Below the pieces are notes generated by a model. The model was given only the letters and a program-made list of their open reading frames with translations. It made no database searches and was not told the DNA's origin. Positions 54,085 through 62,743 of a stretch of 64,000 bases of DNA are shown piece by piece. Positions within the stretch are counted from its first letter, which is position 1. Every line of letters starts with the position of its first letter. The DNA is taken from IMG/VR virus record IMGVR_UViG_2882284595_000003, positions 9,169-73,168 of that record; one strand, written 5' to 3'. A program made the translations under genes and the position numbers. Source of the stretch: a virus. Its lineage: Duplodnaviria > Caudoviricetes.

Positions 54085-54759
54085 TTATGCCTCGCCGCCA
54101 TCGGGCGGCGGGACAGTGTTTTTCAGGGTGCGGATGACGCGCTCGATGTCTTTTTTGACGCCGGCGTTGCCGTCCAGCTGCTGGGCGCGGCGTAGATGTT
54201 CCAGCGCCGCGGCCGGGTCGGCGGCCTCGATGGCCAGACCGCTTTCCTTGTGCAACTTGGCGCGCACTTGGTCGGGCATGTCGTGGCCGTCGGTCAGCTC
54301 GGCGGTGTAGGTCAGCACCTGGCAAGCAAAAGACTCGCCGCCAACGCGGGCGCGCTTGGCGGCGTCGGCGATTTCCTCGGCGATGGTGGTGGCGGTGGTG
54401 CGATTGAACCGGTCGGGCAGCGGCAGGCCGTGCGCCAGCACGTACTCGGCGATGTCCAGCGCGCCGCCGTAGTCGCCGGCGTCGATGCGCCACAGCATCA
54501 CCGTCACCAGCACTTCATCGGGCTGGCCCTTGCCGCCGGACAGCGCGCCCTCCACCCACGGCAGGTAGTCGGGCAGGATCTCGCGCTTGACCTCGGCCTT
54601 GCGTTCCATCGACTGCACCTGTTTCAGGCGGCGGCGGTCCTCGGCCAGCTTGTGCAGCATCAGCTCATAGCCGGTGCAGTGTTCCAGCCCGCCGGCGGCC
54701 GAAGCCGAAGCCTCGGCCGCCGTCACGCGCAGGAAGTGGGCGCGGGCGGGGCTGGTCAT
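54085..54759 (-). CDS. gpM: terminase small (endonuclease) subunit M
   Basis: MTSPARAH...LK.VQS.ERK...WRIDAGDY...DMPDQVRAKL...GVKKDIER. Confidence 0.95.
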   Translation of the reverse strand: MTSPARAHFLRVTAAEASASAAGGLEHCTGYELMLHKLAEDRRRLKQVQSMERKAEVKREILPDYLPWVEGALSGGKGQPDEVLVTVMLWRIDAGDYGGALDIAEYVLAHGLPLPDRFNRTTATTIAEEIADAAKRARVGGESFACQVLTYTAELTDGHDMPDQVRAKLHKESGLAIEAADPAAALEHLRRAQQLDGNAGVKKDIERVIRTLKNTVPPPDGGEA

Positions 54760-55811
54760 TTGTCGGCCTCGTCCTTTGCTTGCGGCGGCGGGGGCGGCAG
54801 CTGCTCGATGTTTTCAATCACGCAGCCGGCCTCGTAGCGCTCCACCACGTAGGCGTCGTTGCTGCTCTCGTAGTTGGCCACCTGATTGAAGTCCGGCTCT
54901 TCGCGCAGATGGCGGCGGCGGCTGCCGTTCTGGAAGTAGATCGACAGATTGGCCAGCGTGGTAATCAGCATGGTGCTGGCGGGGAAGAAGGGCACGGTAA
55001 CGGCCGGCAGATTGCCGATGCGTTTCTGGCTGATGACGATGTCGGCGGCCAGTTGCTCGGTCGGTTTTTGGTCTTGATTGACGATGGGGAAATACTTGTC
55101 ATGCAGCAGGTCGCGGCCCAGGATCACCACCAAGTCGGGGTGGCCTTGCAGGGTCGGGTCGATCAGGCTGGCCACGGCGTCCATCACCAGCGCGTCGAGG
55201 TTGGCGTAGTCGCCGCCATGGCCCACCAGCACCTTGCCGTCTTTCTTGTCGCCGCTGGCCATGACGCGCGCCTTGGCGTTGTCGCGGTACTGCTGCAGCC
55301 AGCCCTTGTTGACGTCCTGCAGCAGCGGGAATTTGTCGCGGTCAGTCTGCGGCGCCGCGGCGACGCCGTTGAAACCGATCATCATGCGGTCCAAGCCTTG
55401 CTGCTTGACGATCAGGTCGCGGATGCGCGTCTGGAAGTCCGGGAACTTGGCCCACATGTCGATTTGCGCATACGGGATGGCGGTGTCGAACTCGGTTTGC
55501 TCGCAGCGGTAGCGCTGGCTGTTCAGGTCGGTCAGGTTGCGCGGGCGGCGCGGGTTGGTCGGCGTCACCTTGGTGCGGCCGGCCACGGTGCCCATCAGGC
55601 CCAGGCCCAGCTTTTCGCCTTCCTGCTCGTCCACGCCGATGATGTTGATGCGGGTCAGGAACTCGCTGGTTTCTTGGATGCGGTTTTCCAGCTTCTGCTG
55701 GACGGACGGATTGACGGCGAAGGTCTTGGTGACGGCGTCGGCGCTGACATGGTTCAGCTTGGCGATCTGGTCCAGCAGCTGGTCAAAGGCGTTGCGGGTT
55801 GCGTTCTTCAT
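54756..55811 (-). CDS. gpN: P2-family major capsid protein N
   Basis: F.V.PSVQQ.LE...FL.RINI...WAKFPDFQ...LLQDVNKGWLQ...YESSNDAYVVE. Confidence 0.96.
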   Translation of the reverse strand: MKNATRNAFDQLLDQIAKLNHVSADAVTKTFAVNPSVQQKLENRIQETSEFLTRINIIGVDEQEGEKLGLGLMGTVAGRTKVTPTNPRRPRNLTDLNSQRYRCEQTEFDTAIPYAQIDMWAKFPDFQTRIRDLIVKQQGLDRMMIGFNGVAAAPQTDRDKFPLLQDVNKGWLQQYRDNAKARVMASGDKKDGKVLVGHGGDYANLDALVMDAVASLIDPTLQGHPDLVVILGRDLLHDKYFPIVNQDQKPTEQLAADIVISQKRIGNLPAVTVPFFPASTMLITTLANLSIYFQNGSRRRHLREEPDFNQVANYESSNDAYVVERYEAGCVIENIEQLPPPPPQAKDEADK

Positions 55812-55838
55812 TTTGGCTCCGGTGTAGTGTTGGGGGGC

Positions 55839-56642
55839 TTAGCAGTCGGTGACGACTTCGGCGTTGCCGCCGGTGGCGGTGGTGCGCGGCTGGGTGCTGG
55901 GCTGCTGGCTGAGTTTCTGCACCAGTGCGGCGTGGTTGGCGCTGAGGGTGGCCAGCTGGGTTTTGACGGATTGGAGTTCCCCCTGCTGGTGGCCCAGGGT
56001 GGCGAACTTGTCCAGCAGGTCGCGTTGAGACGCGGCAACGGTCTCTACCGCCTGGCCGATGTCGGCGAATTGGGCGGCGTCGGTCTTGCCCTTGCCGGCC
56101 AGCAGTTCCTTGACCCTGGCGAACAGGTTGAGGCTGGGCTTGTTCTCTTCTTCCAGCTCCAGCGTGAATTCCATCGCCTCGGTGAACAGGTTTGCCGGCT
56201 GCTGCTTGTAGCGCGCCAGCGGGCTGGCTTTGGCGTTGGCGCAGAATTGCAGCATCTCGCAGCCCAGGCTGGCTGGGTCGTCGGTGACGGCAAGGCCCAC
56301 CAGATACGCTTCGCCAGAGTCGGCAAAGTTGGGGTTCACTTCGATGGAGCAGTACACCTTCTGCCGGGCCTTATTCATCGCCACCAGTTCGTCGGTGGGA
56401 TCAATCACGGCGAATAGCGCCAGCTTGCCGTCTACTTCTTCGGTGGAGACTTCCAGCACGTCGCCATAGCGCTTGAACGGGCTATCCGTGGTGTAGGCCT
56501 TGATGTGTTCCATGTTGACGCGGGCGCCGTAGGTGGCTGGGTTGTAGTTGGCGGCGATCTGTTCCAGCCAGCTGCGTTCGATGTTGCGGCCGTCGGTGGT
56601 GGCGCCTTCGGTGGCGACGCGGAATTTCTTTGCTCTTGCCAT
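55839..56642 (-). CDS. gpO: capsid scaffolding protein O
   Basis: KFRVATEGATTDGR.I...YGARVN.EH...YLVGLAVTDDPASLG...TDC. Confidence 0.95.
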   Translation of the reverse strand: MARAKKFRVATEGATTDGRNIERSWLEQIAANYNPATYGARVNMEHIKAYTTDSPFKRYGDVLEVSTEEVDGKLALFAVIDPTDELVAMNKARQKVYCSIEVNPNFADSGEAYLVGLAVTDDPASLGCEMLQFCANAKASPLARYKQQPANLFTEAMEFTLELEEENKPSLNLFARVKELLAGKGKTDAAQFADIGQAVETVAASQRDLLDKFATLGHQQGELQSVKTQLATLSANHAALVQKLSQQPSTQPRTTATGGNAEVVTDC

Positions 56643-56686
56643 GTGTCGGGTGTCCTTACGAGGGTGTCGGTGGTGGCGATGCGCCC

Positions 56687-56785
56687 ATAATCCGGCCCTC
56701 GCGGGCGGCCCGCCATCGGTGGCTGTTGTGTGGCGAACCGGCACAACCGGCAGGCGGCGAAAGGCTGGCCGGCGCGCGGCACACT
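56687..56785. promoter_or_regulatory. divergent P2-type late promoters PO/PP sharing one activator dyad
   Basis: GTTGTG-N11-CACAAC at 56725-56747 with -10-like hexamers equidistant on both sides (56687-56692 and 56780-56785). Confidence 0.78.
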
Positions 56786-56792
56786 GCCCGGC

Positions 56793-58556
56793 ATGAACTC
56801 AAAACTCCCGATTCCCGACGATATGGACCCGCGCCGAGTGGCGCGCGCGCTCTACTGGCAGGGCTGGCGCATTGCGCGCATTGCCGAGCATGTGGGCGTG
56901 AAGCCGGCGACGGTGCATAGCTGGAAACGGCGCGACGCCTGGGACGATTCCGACCCGGCCGACCGCATCGCTTCCACCATCGAAACGCGGATGCAGCAGC
57001 TGATCCTGAAAGAGGACAAAGAGGGAAAGGACTTCAAGGAAATCGATCTGCTCGGCCGCCAGGTGGAGCGGCTGGCGCGGGTGGGCAAGTATCAGCAGAC
57101 CGGGCGCGAAACCGATTTGAACCCGAACATCGCCGCGCGCAATGCCGGGCCGAAGAAGCCGCCCGAAAAAAACGCGATCAGCGAGGAGATGCAAGCCCAG
57201 CTGGTGGCGGCGTTCATGGACCGGATGTACGGCTACCAGAAGAACTGGTATCGCGCCGGCCAAACCGAGCGCATCCGCGACATTCTGAAATCCCGCCAGA
57301 TCGGCGCCACCTATTACTTTGCGCATGAGGCGCTGATTACCGCGCTGGAGACCGGCCGCAATCAGATTTTCCTATCCGCGTCCAAGGCCCAGGCGTTCCA
57401 GTTCCGCAGCTACATCGTGGACTTCGTCAAAGAGGTGGCCGGCGTTGAGCTGAAGGGCGAGGTAATCAAGCTTGGCAACGGCGCGGAACTCAGCTTCCTA
57501 GGGACCAACAGCCGCACCGCCCAGGGCCGCCATGGCGATCTGTATGTCGATGAATACTTCTGGATTCCGCGCTTTCTGGAACTGCGCAAGCTGGCCAGCG
57601 CGATGGCCTCGCAGAAGCAATACCGCCAGACCTACTTCTCCACCCCTTCGGCCATGTCGCACGAGGCATACCGGGTCTGGACCGGCGAGGCGTTCAACAA
57701 GGGCCGGCCCAAGGCCGAACACATCCGGCTCGATGTCTCGCATCACGCTCTGGCCGGCGGCGGGCGCGGGCCGGATGGCCGCTGGCGCCAGATCGTCACC
57801 ATCTTGGATGCGCTGGCCGGCGGCTGCGATCTGTTCGATGTGGACCAGCTGCGGCTGGAGTACAGCCCGGAAGAGTTCTTGCAGCTGTTCATGTGCCAGT
57901 TCATCGACGACGGCGCCAGCGTGTTCTCGTTCGCGGCGCTGCAACGCTGCATGGTGGATGCCTGGGACGAGTGGGACGACTACAAGCCGTTCGCCGCGCG
58001 GCCATTCGGCAACCGTCCGGTCTGGCTGGGCTATGACCCGAGCCATACCGGCGACAGCGCCGCGCTGGTTGTGCTGGCGCCGCCGGCCGCGCCGGGCGGC
58101 CCGTTCCGCGTGCTGGAGCGCTCGCAGTTCAAGGGCATGGACTTTGCCGGCCAGGCGGATTTCATCCGTCAGCAGTGCCAGCGCTTCAACGTGGCTTATA
58201 TCGGCATCGACACCACCGGCCTAGGGACCGGGGTGTTCCAGCTGGTGAAGCAGTTCCGCCCGGACGCGGTAGGGTTCCAGTACAGCCCGGAGGTGAAAAC
58301 CCGCCTGGTGCTGAAAGCCTTGGACGTGATCCACAATGGCCGGCTCCAGTTCGACGCCAGCCACAACGACATTGCCGCCAGCTTCCTGGCGATCAAGAAA
58401 ACCACCACCGCCAGCGGCCGCGCCATCACCTTCGCCGCCGGCCGCTCGGAAGAAACCAGCCACGCCGATCTGGCGTGGGCAACCATGCACGCCCTATTCA
58501 ACGAACCGCTGGAGGGGGCCACCGCGGCTAACTCCAGCTTCATGGAGTTCTGCTAA
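56793..58556 (+). CDS. gpP: terminase ATPase subunit P
   Basis: LYWQGWR, LKSRQIGATYYFA, DEYFWI, FSTPS, GYDPS, HADLAWA.MHAL.NEPL. Confidence 0.96.
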   Translation: MNSKLPIPDDMDPRRVARALYWQGWRIARIAEHVGVKPATVHSWKRRDAWDDSDPADRIASTIETRMQQLILKEDKEGKDFKEIDLLGRQVERLARVGKYQQTGRETDLNPNIAARNAGPKKPPEKNAISEEMQAQLVAAFMDRMYGYQKNWYRAGQTERIRDILKSRQIGATYYFAHEALITALETGRNQIFLSASKAQAFQFRSYIVDFVKEVAGVELKGEVIKLGNGAELSFLGTNSRTAQGRHGDLYVDEYFWIPRFLELRKLASAMASQKQYRQTYFSTPSAMSHEAYRVWTGEAFNKGRPKAEHIRLDVSHHALAGGGRGPDGRWRQIVTILDALAGGCDLFDVDQLRLEYSPEEFLQLFMCQFIDDGASVFSFAALQRCMVDAWDEWDDYKPFAARPFGNRPVWLGYDPSHTGDSAALVVLAPPAAPGGPFRVLERSQFKGMDFAGQADFIRQQCQRFNVAYIGIDTTGLGTGVFQLVKQFRPDAVGFQYSPEVKTRLVLKALDVIHNGRLQFDASHNDIAASFLAIKKTTTASGRAITFAAGRSEETSHADLAWATMHALFNEPLEGATAANSSFMEFC

Positions 58557-59587
58557 TGTCCCGACGCCACAAGAAACCCGCCGTCCGATCCACCACGATG
58601 GCCGCCGCGCCGGCGGAGGCCGGCAGCATGCAGGCGTTCAGCTTCGGCGAGCCGGTGCCGATGCTGGACCGGCGCGAGATCATGGATTACTTGCAATGCA
58701 CTGACGCCGGCAAATGGTATGAGCCGCCCATCGCCTGGGACGGCCTGGCGCGCAGCCTGCGGGCCAACGTCCACCACGCCAGCGCCTTGGCGGTGAAGCG
58801 CAATGTGCTGGTCTCGACGTTTCAGCCCCATCCGCTGCTGAGCCGGGCGGCGTTCGCCAGCCTGGTGATGGACTTCTTGGTGTTCGGCAACGGCTATCTG
58901 GAAAAGCGGCGCCACCGCCTGGGCGGGGTGCTGGAGCTGAAGCCGGCGCTGGCCAAGTACGTGCGGCGCGCCAAGGACCTGGCCGGCTTCTGGTGGGTGC
59001 CGGGCTATGATCAAGAGCAGGCGCTGGGCGAGGTGTTCCACCTGCTGGAGCCGGATATCAATCAGGAGGTGTACGGCCTGCCGGAATATCTGGCCGCGCT
59101 GCAATCGGCCTGGCTGAACGAGTCGGCCACGCTGTTCCGCCGCAAGTATTACCTGAATGGCAGTCACGCCGGTTTCATCATGTACATGACGGACCCCGCG
59201 CAAAAAGAGGAGGACGTCGACGCGATGCGCAAGGCGCTGAAGGACAGCAAGGGACCGGGCAATTTCCGGAACGTGTTCATGTACGCGCCCAACGGCAAGA
59301 AGGACGGGATACAGATCATTCCGCTGGCGGAGGTGGCGGCCAAGGACGAGTTCTTGAACATCAAGAACATCACACGCGACGACGTGCTGGCGGCGCACCG
59401 GGTGCCGCCGCAGCTGATGGGTGTCATCCCCAGTAATACCGGCGGCTTCGGCGACGCCAACAAGGCGGCCAGCGTGTTCTATGAAAACGAAATCAAGCCG
59501 CTGATGATGCGGCTGGAGGAGGTCAACGAGTGGGCAGGGGAGAAGGTGATCCAGTTTGGACCGTATGCGCTGGCTATGCAGACGTGA
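58556..59587 (+). CDS. gpQ: portal protein Q (PBSX family)
   Basis: FSFGEP.P.LD...WYEPP...QEVYGLPEY...LNESATLFRRKYY.NGSHAG...HRVPPQLMG. Confidence 0.96.
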   Translation: MSRRHKKPAVRSTTMAAAPAEAGSMQAFSFGEPVPMLDRREIMDYLQCTDAGKWYEPPIAWDGLARSLRANVHHASALAVKRNVLVSTFQPHPLLSRAAFASLVMDFLVFGNGYLEKRRHRLGGVLELKPALAKYVRRAKDLAGFWWVPGYDQEQALGEVFHLLEPDINQEVYGLPEYLAALQSAWLNESATLFRRKYYLNGSHAGFIMYMTDPAQKEEDVDAMRKALKDSKGPGNFRNVFMYAPNGKKDGIQIIPLAEVAAKDEFLNIKNITRDDVLAAHRVPPQLMGVIPSNTGGFGDANKAASVFYENEIKPLMMRLEEVNEWAGEKVIQFGPYALAMQT

Positions 59588-59608
59588 GCGTGTTGCATGT
59601 CAAAGATG

Positions 59609-59630
59609 AAGCCCCGCAACGGCGGGGCTT
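59609..59630. terminator. intrinsic terminator after Q
   Basis: AAGCCCCGC-aacg-GCGGGGCTT. Confidence 0.75.
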
Positions 59631-59649
59631 TAGTTTGTCTATAACGGTG

Positions 59650-59982
59650 TTACTCGTCATGGCGCAGTACATCCGAGGCATAGTCCGCGATATCGAGATG
59701 TCCCATGGGATGGCCCATAAAAATGCTTCCTCTTAAAACATGTTTACTATTTTCTGATGTTGGGTTGACTTCAAATATTTTAACTAGTAGGCCGGAGGGG
59801 GCGGATTGGATAAGGACTTGACCTTTCTTGTCGGTGATCGGGTTTGAGGCAGATCGTGTAATTTCTAAGGAAAATGAGAGATTCTCTTTAGTTAAAGTAT
59901 AAAGTTCTGTTGGGCCTTGCTGGTTTAGGAAACTTTGGTATCCATCAGCTTTAAATAGCCCACCTTCAAACATAATTTGCAT
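59650..59982 (-). CDS. hypothetical protein (low-GC moron)
   Basis: GAGGAAAGG RBS, 110 aa, no motif recognised. Confidence 0.65.
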   Translation of the reverse strand: MQIMFEGGLFKADGYQSFLNQQGPTELYTLTKENLSFSLEITRSASNPITDKKGQVLIQSAPSGLLVKIFEVNPTSENSKHVLRGSIFMGHPMGHLDIADYASDVLRHDE

Positions 59983-60110
59983 TTGATACCTTTCCTCATG
60001 TTACACCAGGCTGGTGCCTGTACGGAAAGTTATAAAATTTAGGCAGATATTTCAAGCGGTCGATGCTAAGTGGTGCTACTAAGAAACAAAGAGGAGACAA
60101 GGAGCCAGCC

Positions 60111-60646
60111 ATGGTCGATGATGTCACTATAGAGTCGATTATTTTTCTGTTGCAATGGCCTGACACCAGAGCGCTGGGTTTGGAGGCGTTGCGTTGCCTT
60201 TCTCTGTTTTTGACTCTTAAACAGAGCAGGCAGATGCAACTCGCGCTGATCGATATTTCGGTGGAAAAGTCTTACTTCTACAGGAAGGTCGGCACTATAT
60301 GTGGTTGGAAATATCAAGGTCACTGGATTTTGAACTAGATCATTGGCAAGTAGAACTGCTGCTTGAACCTGCTGAAATCAAGTTGATTCAGGGACGTGAG
60401 CCAGTTCTGTTTGAGCTGCCCACCGTGCCTGGGTTGATGTTCCTATTTGACCCACCTTTCCAAGGCAGTGCCAAATCATTGCCTGTGGGTAGGATTGTGA
60501 ATGGAGTGTGGCGCGCAGTGATCTCTACGATTGGCACTGCGCCCGTATCCATGAGCTATGCAAGGTGTATCTTGGCCCAGCATATCAATGCTGGACTTCG
60601 TCAGCGTGCAAGAGGCCGCGCTAGCGACCCAGATGGGGGCGAGTAG
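60111..60646 (+). pseudogene. possible frameshifted gene (overlapping ORFs 60111-60338 and 60299-60646)
   Basis: AAGGAG RBS before ATG 60111; removing one AT from CACTATATGTGG near 60295-60300 joins the two frames. Confidence 0.4.
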
Positions 60647-60743
60647 ACGCACCTGTTTTTCTTATGATCGGCTCAGTAGAAAGTAGCTCAGTTTGAGCCG
60701 TGTTTTGGCTTCCCAGGCGTGAGCGAACAGAGGATCCAAAACT

Positions 60744-60768
60744 AAGCCCCGCGATGCGGGGCTTTTTT
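60744..60768. terminator. intrinsic terminator
   Basis: AAGCCCCGC-gat-GCGGGGCTT followed by a T run. Confidence 0.8.
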
Positions 60769-60809
60769 GTGGGGCTACAGGGTGCCTTGATGCGTTGGCT
60801 CCCAGCGAG

Positions 60810-61274
60810 TTATAGCGGGTCAGTCGAACAGTTCGCCTGCGGGCCAGACTTGGACAGGTAGTCTTTCCCTTGGGCGTCCTTCTTGATGCAGAAGTAGAGT
60901 CGGTTCCGGCCGTACTCGCCAAACATGTCGAAGATATAGGCGGTGTCGTTGGTCAGTGGCAGGGCCAGCATCCGGTTTTTGTCTGGCGATTTTGTACCGT
61001 AAGAAATGCATGTCTGTGGTGATGTAGGCGGCGTTTTCAGCGTGGTTTTGTACCAAGACTTCCACATATAGCGATGTTGTGTTTCATTGAAAACTTCGGC
61101 AGATACTCCTTGCCCTTTTAGGTAGTCGGGTGTGTCACCTTCTATCGGCGTTTTCAAGTAGAAGCAAGGCTTGCCGTCTTTCATTACAGCGGTGGCCTCA
61201 GCGTCGTAAGGCTTGGACATGGCCCAAGAGTTACCAGCCAGTATCAGCCCTGCCAGAAGTAGTAATTTCATCAT
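60810..61274 (-). CDS. secreted/periplasmic protein, candidate immunity protein
   Basis: Signal peptide MMKLLLLAGLILAGNSWA, KPCFY and CISYG motifs, four Cys; overlaps the effector stop. Confidence 0.75.
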   Translation of the reverse strand: MMKLLLLAGLILAGNSWAMSKPYDAEATAVMKDGKPCFYLKTPIEGDTPDYLKGQGVSAEVFNETQHRYMWKSWYKTTLKTPPTSPQTCISYGTKSPDKNRMLALPLTNDTAYIFDMFGEYGRNRLYFCIKKDAQGKDYLSKSGPQANCSTDPL

Positions 61275-62515
61275 GATTCAATCTTTGTTGTTGCTGGTAG
61301 GAGACTAGGGTTTGCCGGGTTCGTCAAGAAGCCACCGAGTGCTCGCGCCAAAGCATTGGCGTCCCTATCTATGCCAAGTTGGGTTGCTCCGAAATAGTGT
61401 GAAACCAGCTCTCCTTGCTGTTCCATATTGAAGTCTGGCATGGCCTTACCCTTATCTTGGCCTGCGAGGTTATAGCGGTAGGCGGGTGAGGGACCGCGCT
61501 TGCCATCATCCGAATACCCGCCTTTCATGCCAATCACCGCCCCACCGAATACCACGTTGTAGCCAAGTTGGTACTGCCAGACGTGGGTCATTTCGTGGAT
61601 GAACCATACCTTATCGCTATCACTTTCTATCGAGAAGTCAGGCCGGAAAGAGTCGTCAGGGAAGTGTATTTCACCCTTGGGCGTCATTGCGTTTCCTGAA
61701 CGATTTGGCTGGCCGAACAAGCCACCGCGGTGGATTTTGACCTTGCTGTAATCCAGCGAGTTCTTGAAGACGGTCCGCGCCATCGCAATCTCGCCTGGCG
61801 TCATGCCCCGCGTGTCCGTTGCCTTGGGCAGCGTGTGATTTACCGTAGATGAACCAATAGCCTGCGGGTTTGTTTTGATGCCGCTGAGGTCAGCTTTTAG
61901 AGCCGGCGCGGGTCCGCGGCCTCCAGTCTCGCACATGTGTTCAATCTGGCAGGCGCAGCTGTAGACGGTGTCCGGGTAGAACTCGGCGCAGGTAATGGCA
62001 GTGGCTTTATCGGTCGCGATCCGCTCTGTCTTGCCGGCTGAGTCGGTTGTCCCTTCGACGGTACTTCCGTCTTCAAGCGTCAGTTTGTAACGGGTATCGG
62101 CCAGGGCATTGCGATCAGCCGTGAAGAAACGGATTTGTTCGTCAAAGGCTGCGACAGTGGTCGCCGCCGCAGCAAGAGCGGTAGCGGCGGCCGCAGCCGC
62201 AGCCGCAGTCCCAGCGGTGGAAGCTCCTGTTGACGCCGATCCGCTGCCCTCATAATTTCGGCCCACCTCGCCCATGGTGCTGATGAGGGTCGCGCCGCAG
62301 CTGACTTTATGGCCCTCCAGGGCGACACCTTTGCCGCCTATCGTCCATGATGGGTCGCCTTCTACGATGGTGCAGTTGACGTGGCCTTGCTTCGGGCAAC
62401 TGACGGAGTCGCCAACCAGCGCGACGGCTTTGCCAAACATGGTTGTTGTGCTGCTGGCGCTGACGACGTTCCCACCGTGGTCGGTCGGGTCGCCGAGGCG
62501 GATGATTCGCTTCAT
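61271..62515 (-). CDS. PAAR-fused effector with HExxH metallopeptidase-like toxin domain
   Basis: N-terminal PAAR, poly-Ala linker, YKLTLEDG..VEGTTDSAGKT domain, then T.GEI.MAR.VF...AMTP.G...WFIHEMTHVWQYQ...FNMEQQG. Confidence 0.88.
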   Translation of the reverse strand: MKRIIRLGDPTDHGGNVVSASSTTTMFGKAVALVGDSVSCPKQGHVNCTIVEGDPSWTIGGKGVALEGHKVSCGATLISTMGEVGRNYEGSGSASTGASTAGTAAAAAAAATALAAAATTVAAFDEQIRFFTADRNALADTRYKLTLEDGSTVEGTTDSAGKTERIATDKATAITCAEFYPDTVYSCACQIEHMCETGGRGPAPALKADLSGIKTNPQAIGSSTVNHTLPKATDTRGMTPGEIAMARTVFKNSLDYSKVKIHRGGLFGQPNRSGNAMTPKGEIHFPDDSFRPDFSIESDSDKVWFIHEMTHVWQYQLGYNVVFGGAVIGMKGGYSDDGKRGPSPAYRYNLAGQDKGKAMPDFNMEQQGELVSHYFGATQLGIDRDANALARALGGFLTNPANPSLLPATTKIES

Positions 62516-62610
62516 GGAAGTGGCAGGCAAAGGGCGCATTATATGTGAAAAGGCTTATGTATCCCCCTGGCAAACCAGGCAGGAAGGGTTGCCAGCACCC
62601 TGCGCGCGCA

Positions 62611-62629
62611 ATCGAAGCCCCGCCTCGCC
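62611..62629 (-). other. P2-type cohesive end (cos)
   Basis: The minus strand reads GGCGAGGCGGGGCTTCGAT; the first 12 nt match the P2 cos GGCGAGGCGGGGAAAGCAC; flanked by CATGCACCTGCATG. Confidence 0.85.
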
Positions 62630-62743
62630 CCCGCGCTTCATGTGCGGGAAATCATGCACCTGCATGAACGGCCCACAAAGGCCCGCCATGCGGTGCTATC
62701 GCCGGATGGCGGGCCGCCCCTGGCTCATGCGCTTTCATGCGCG

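Noticed and set aside
62160-62240. GCC/GCG-rich short repeats as a contingency locus
   Set aside because: They encode an imperfect poly-Ala linker with mixed codons between PAAR and the next domain.
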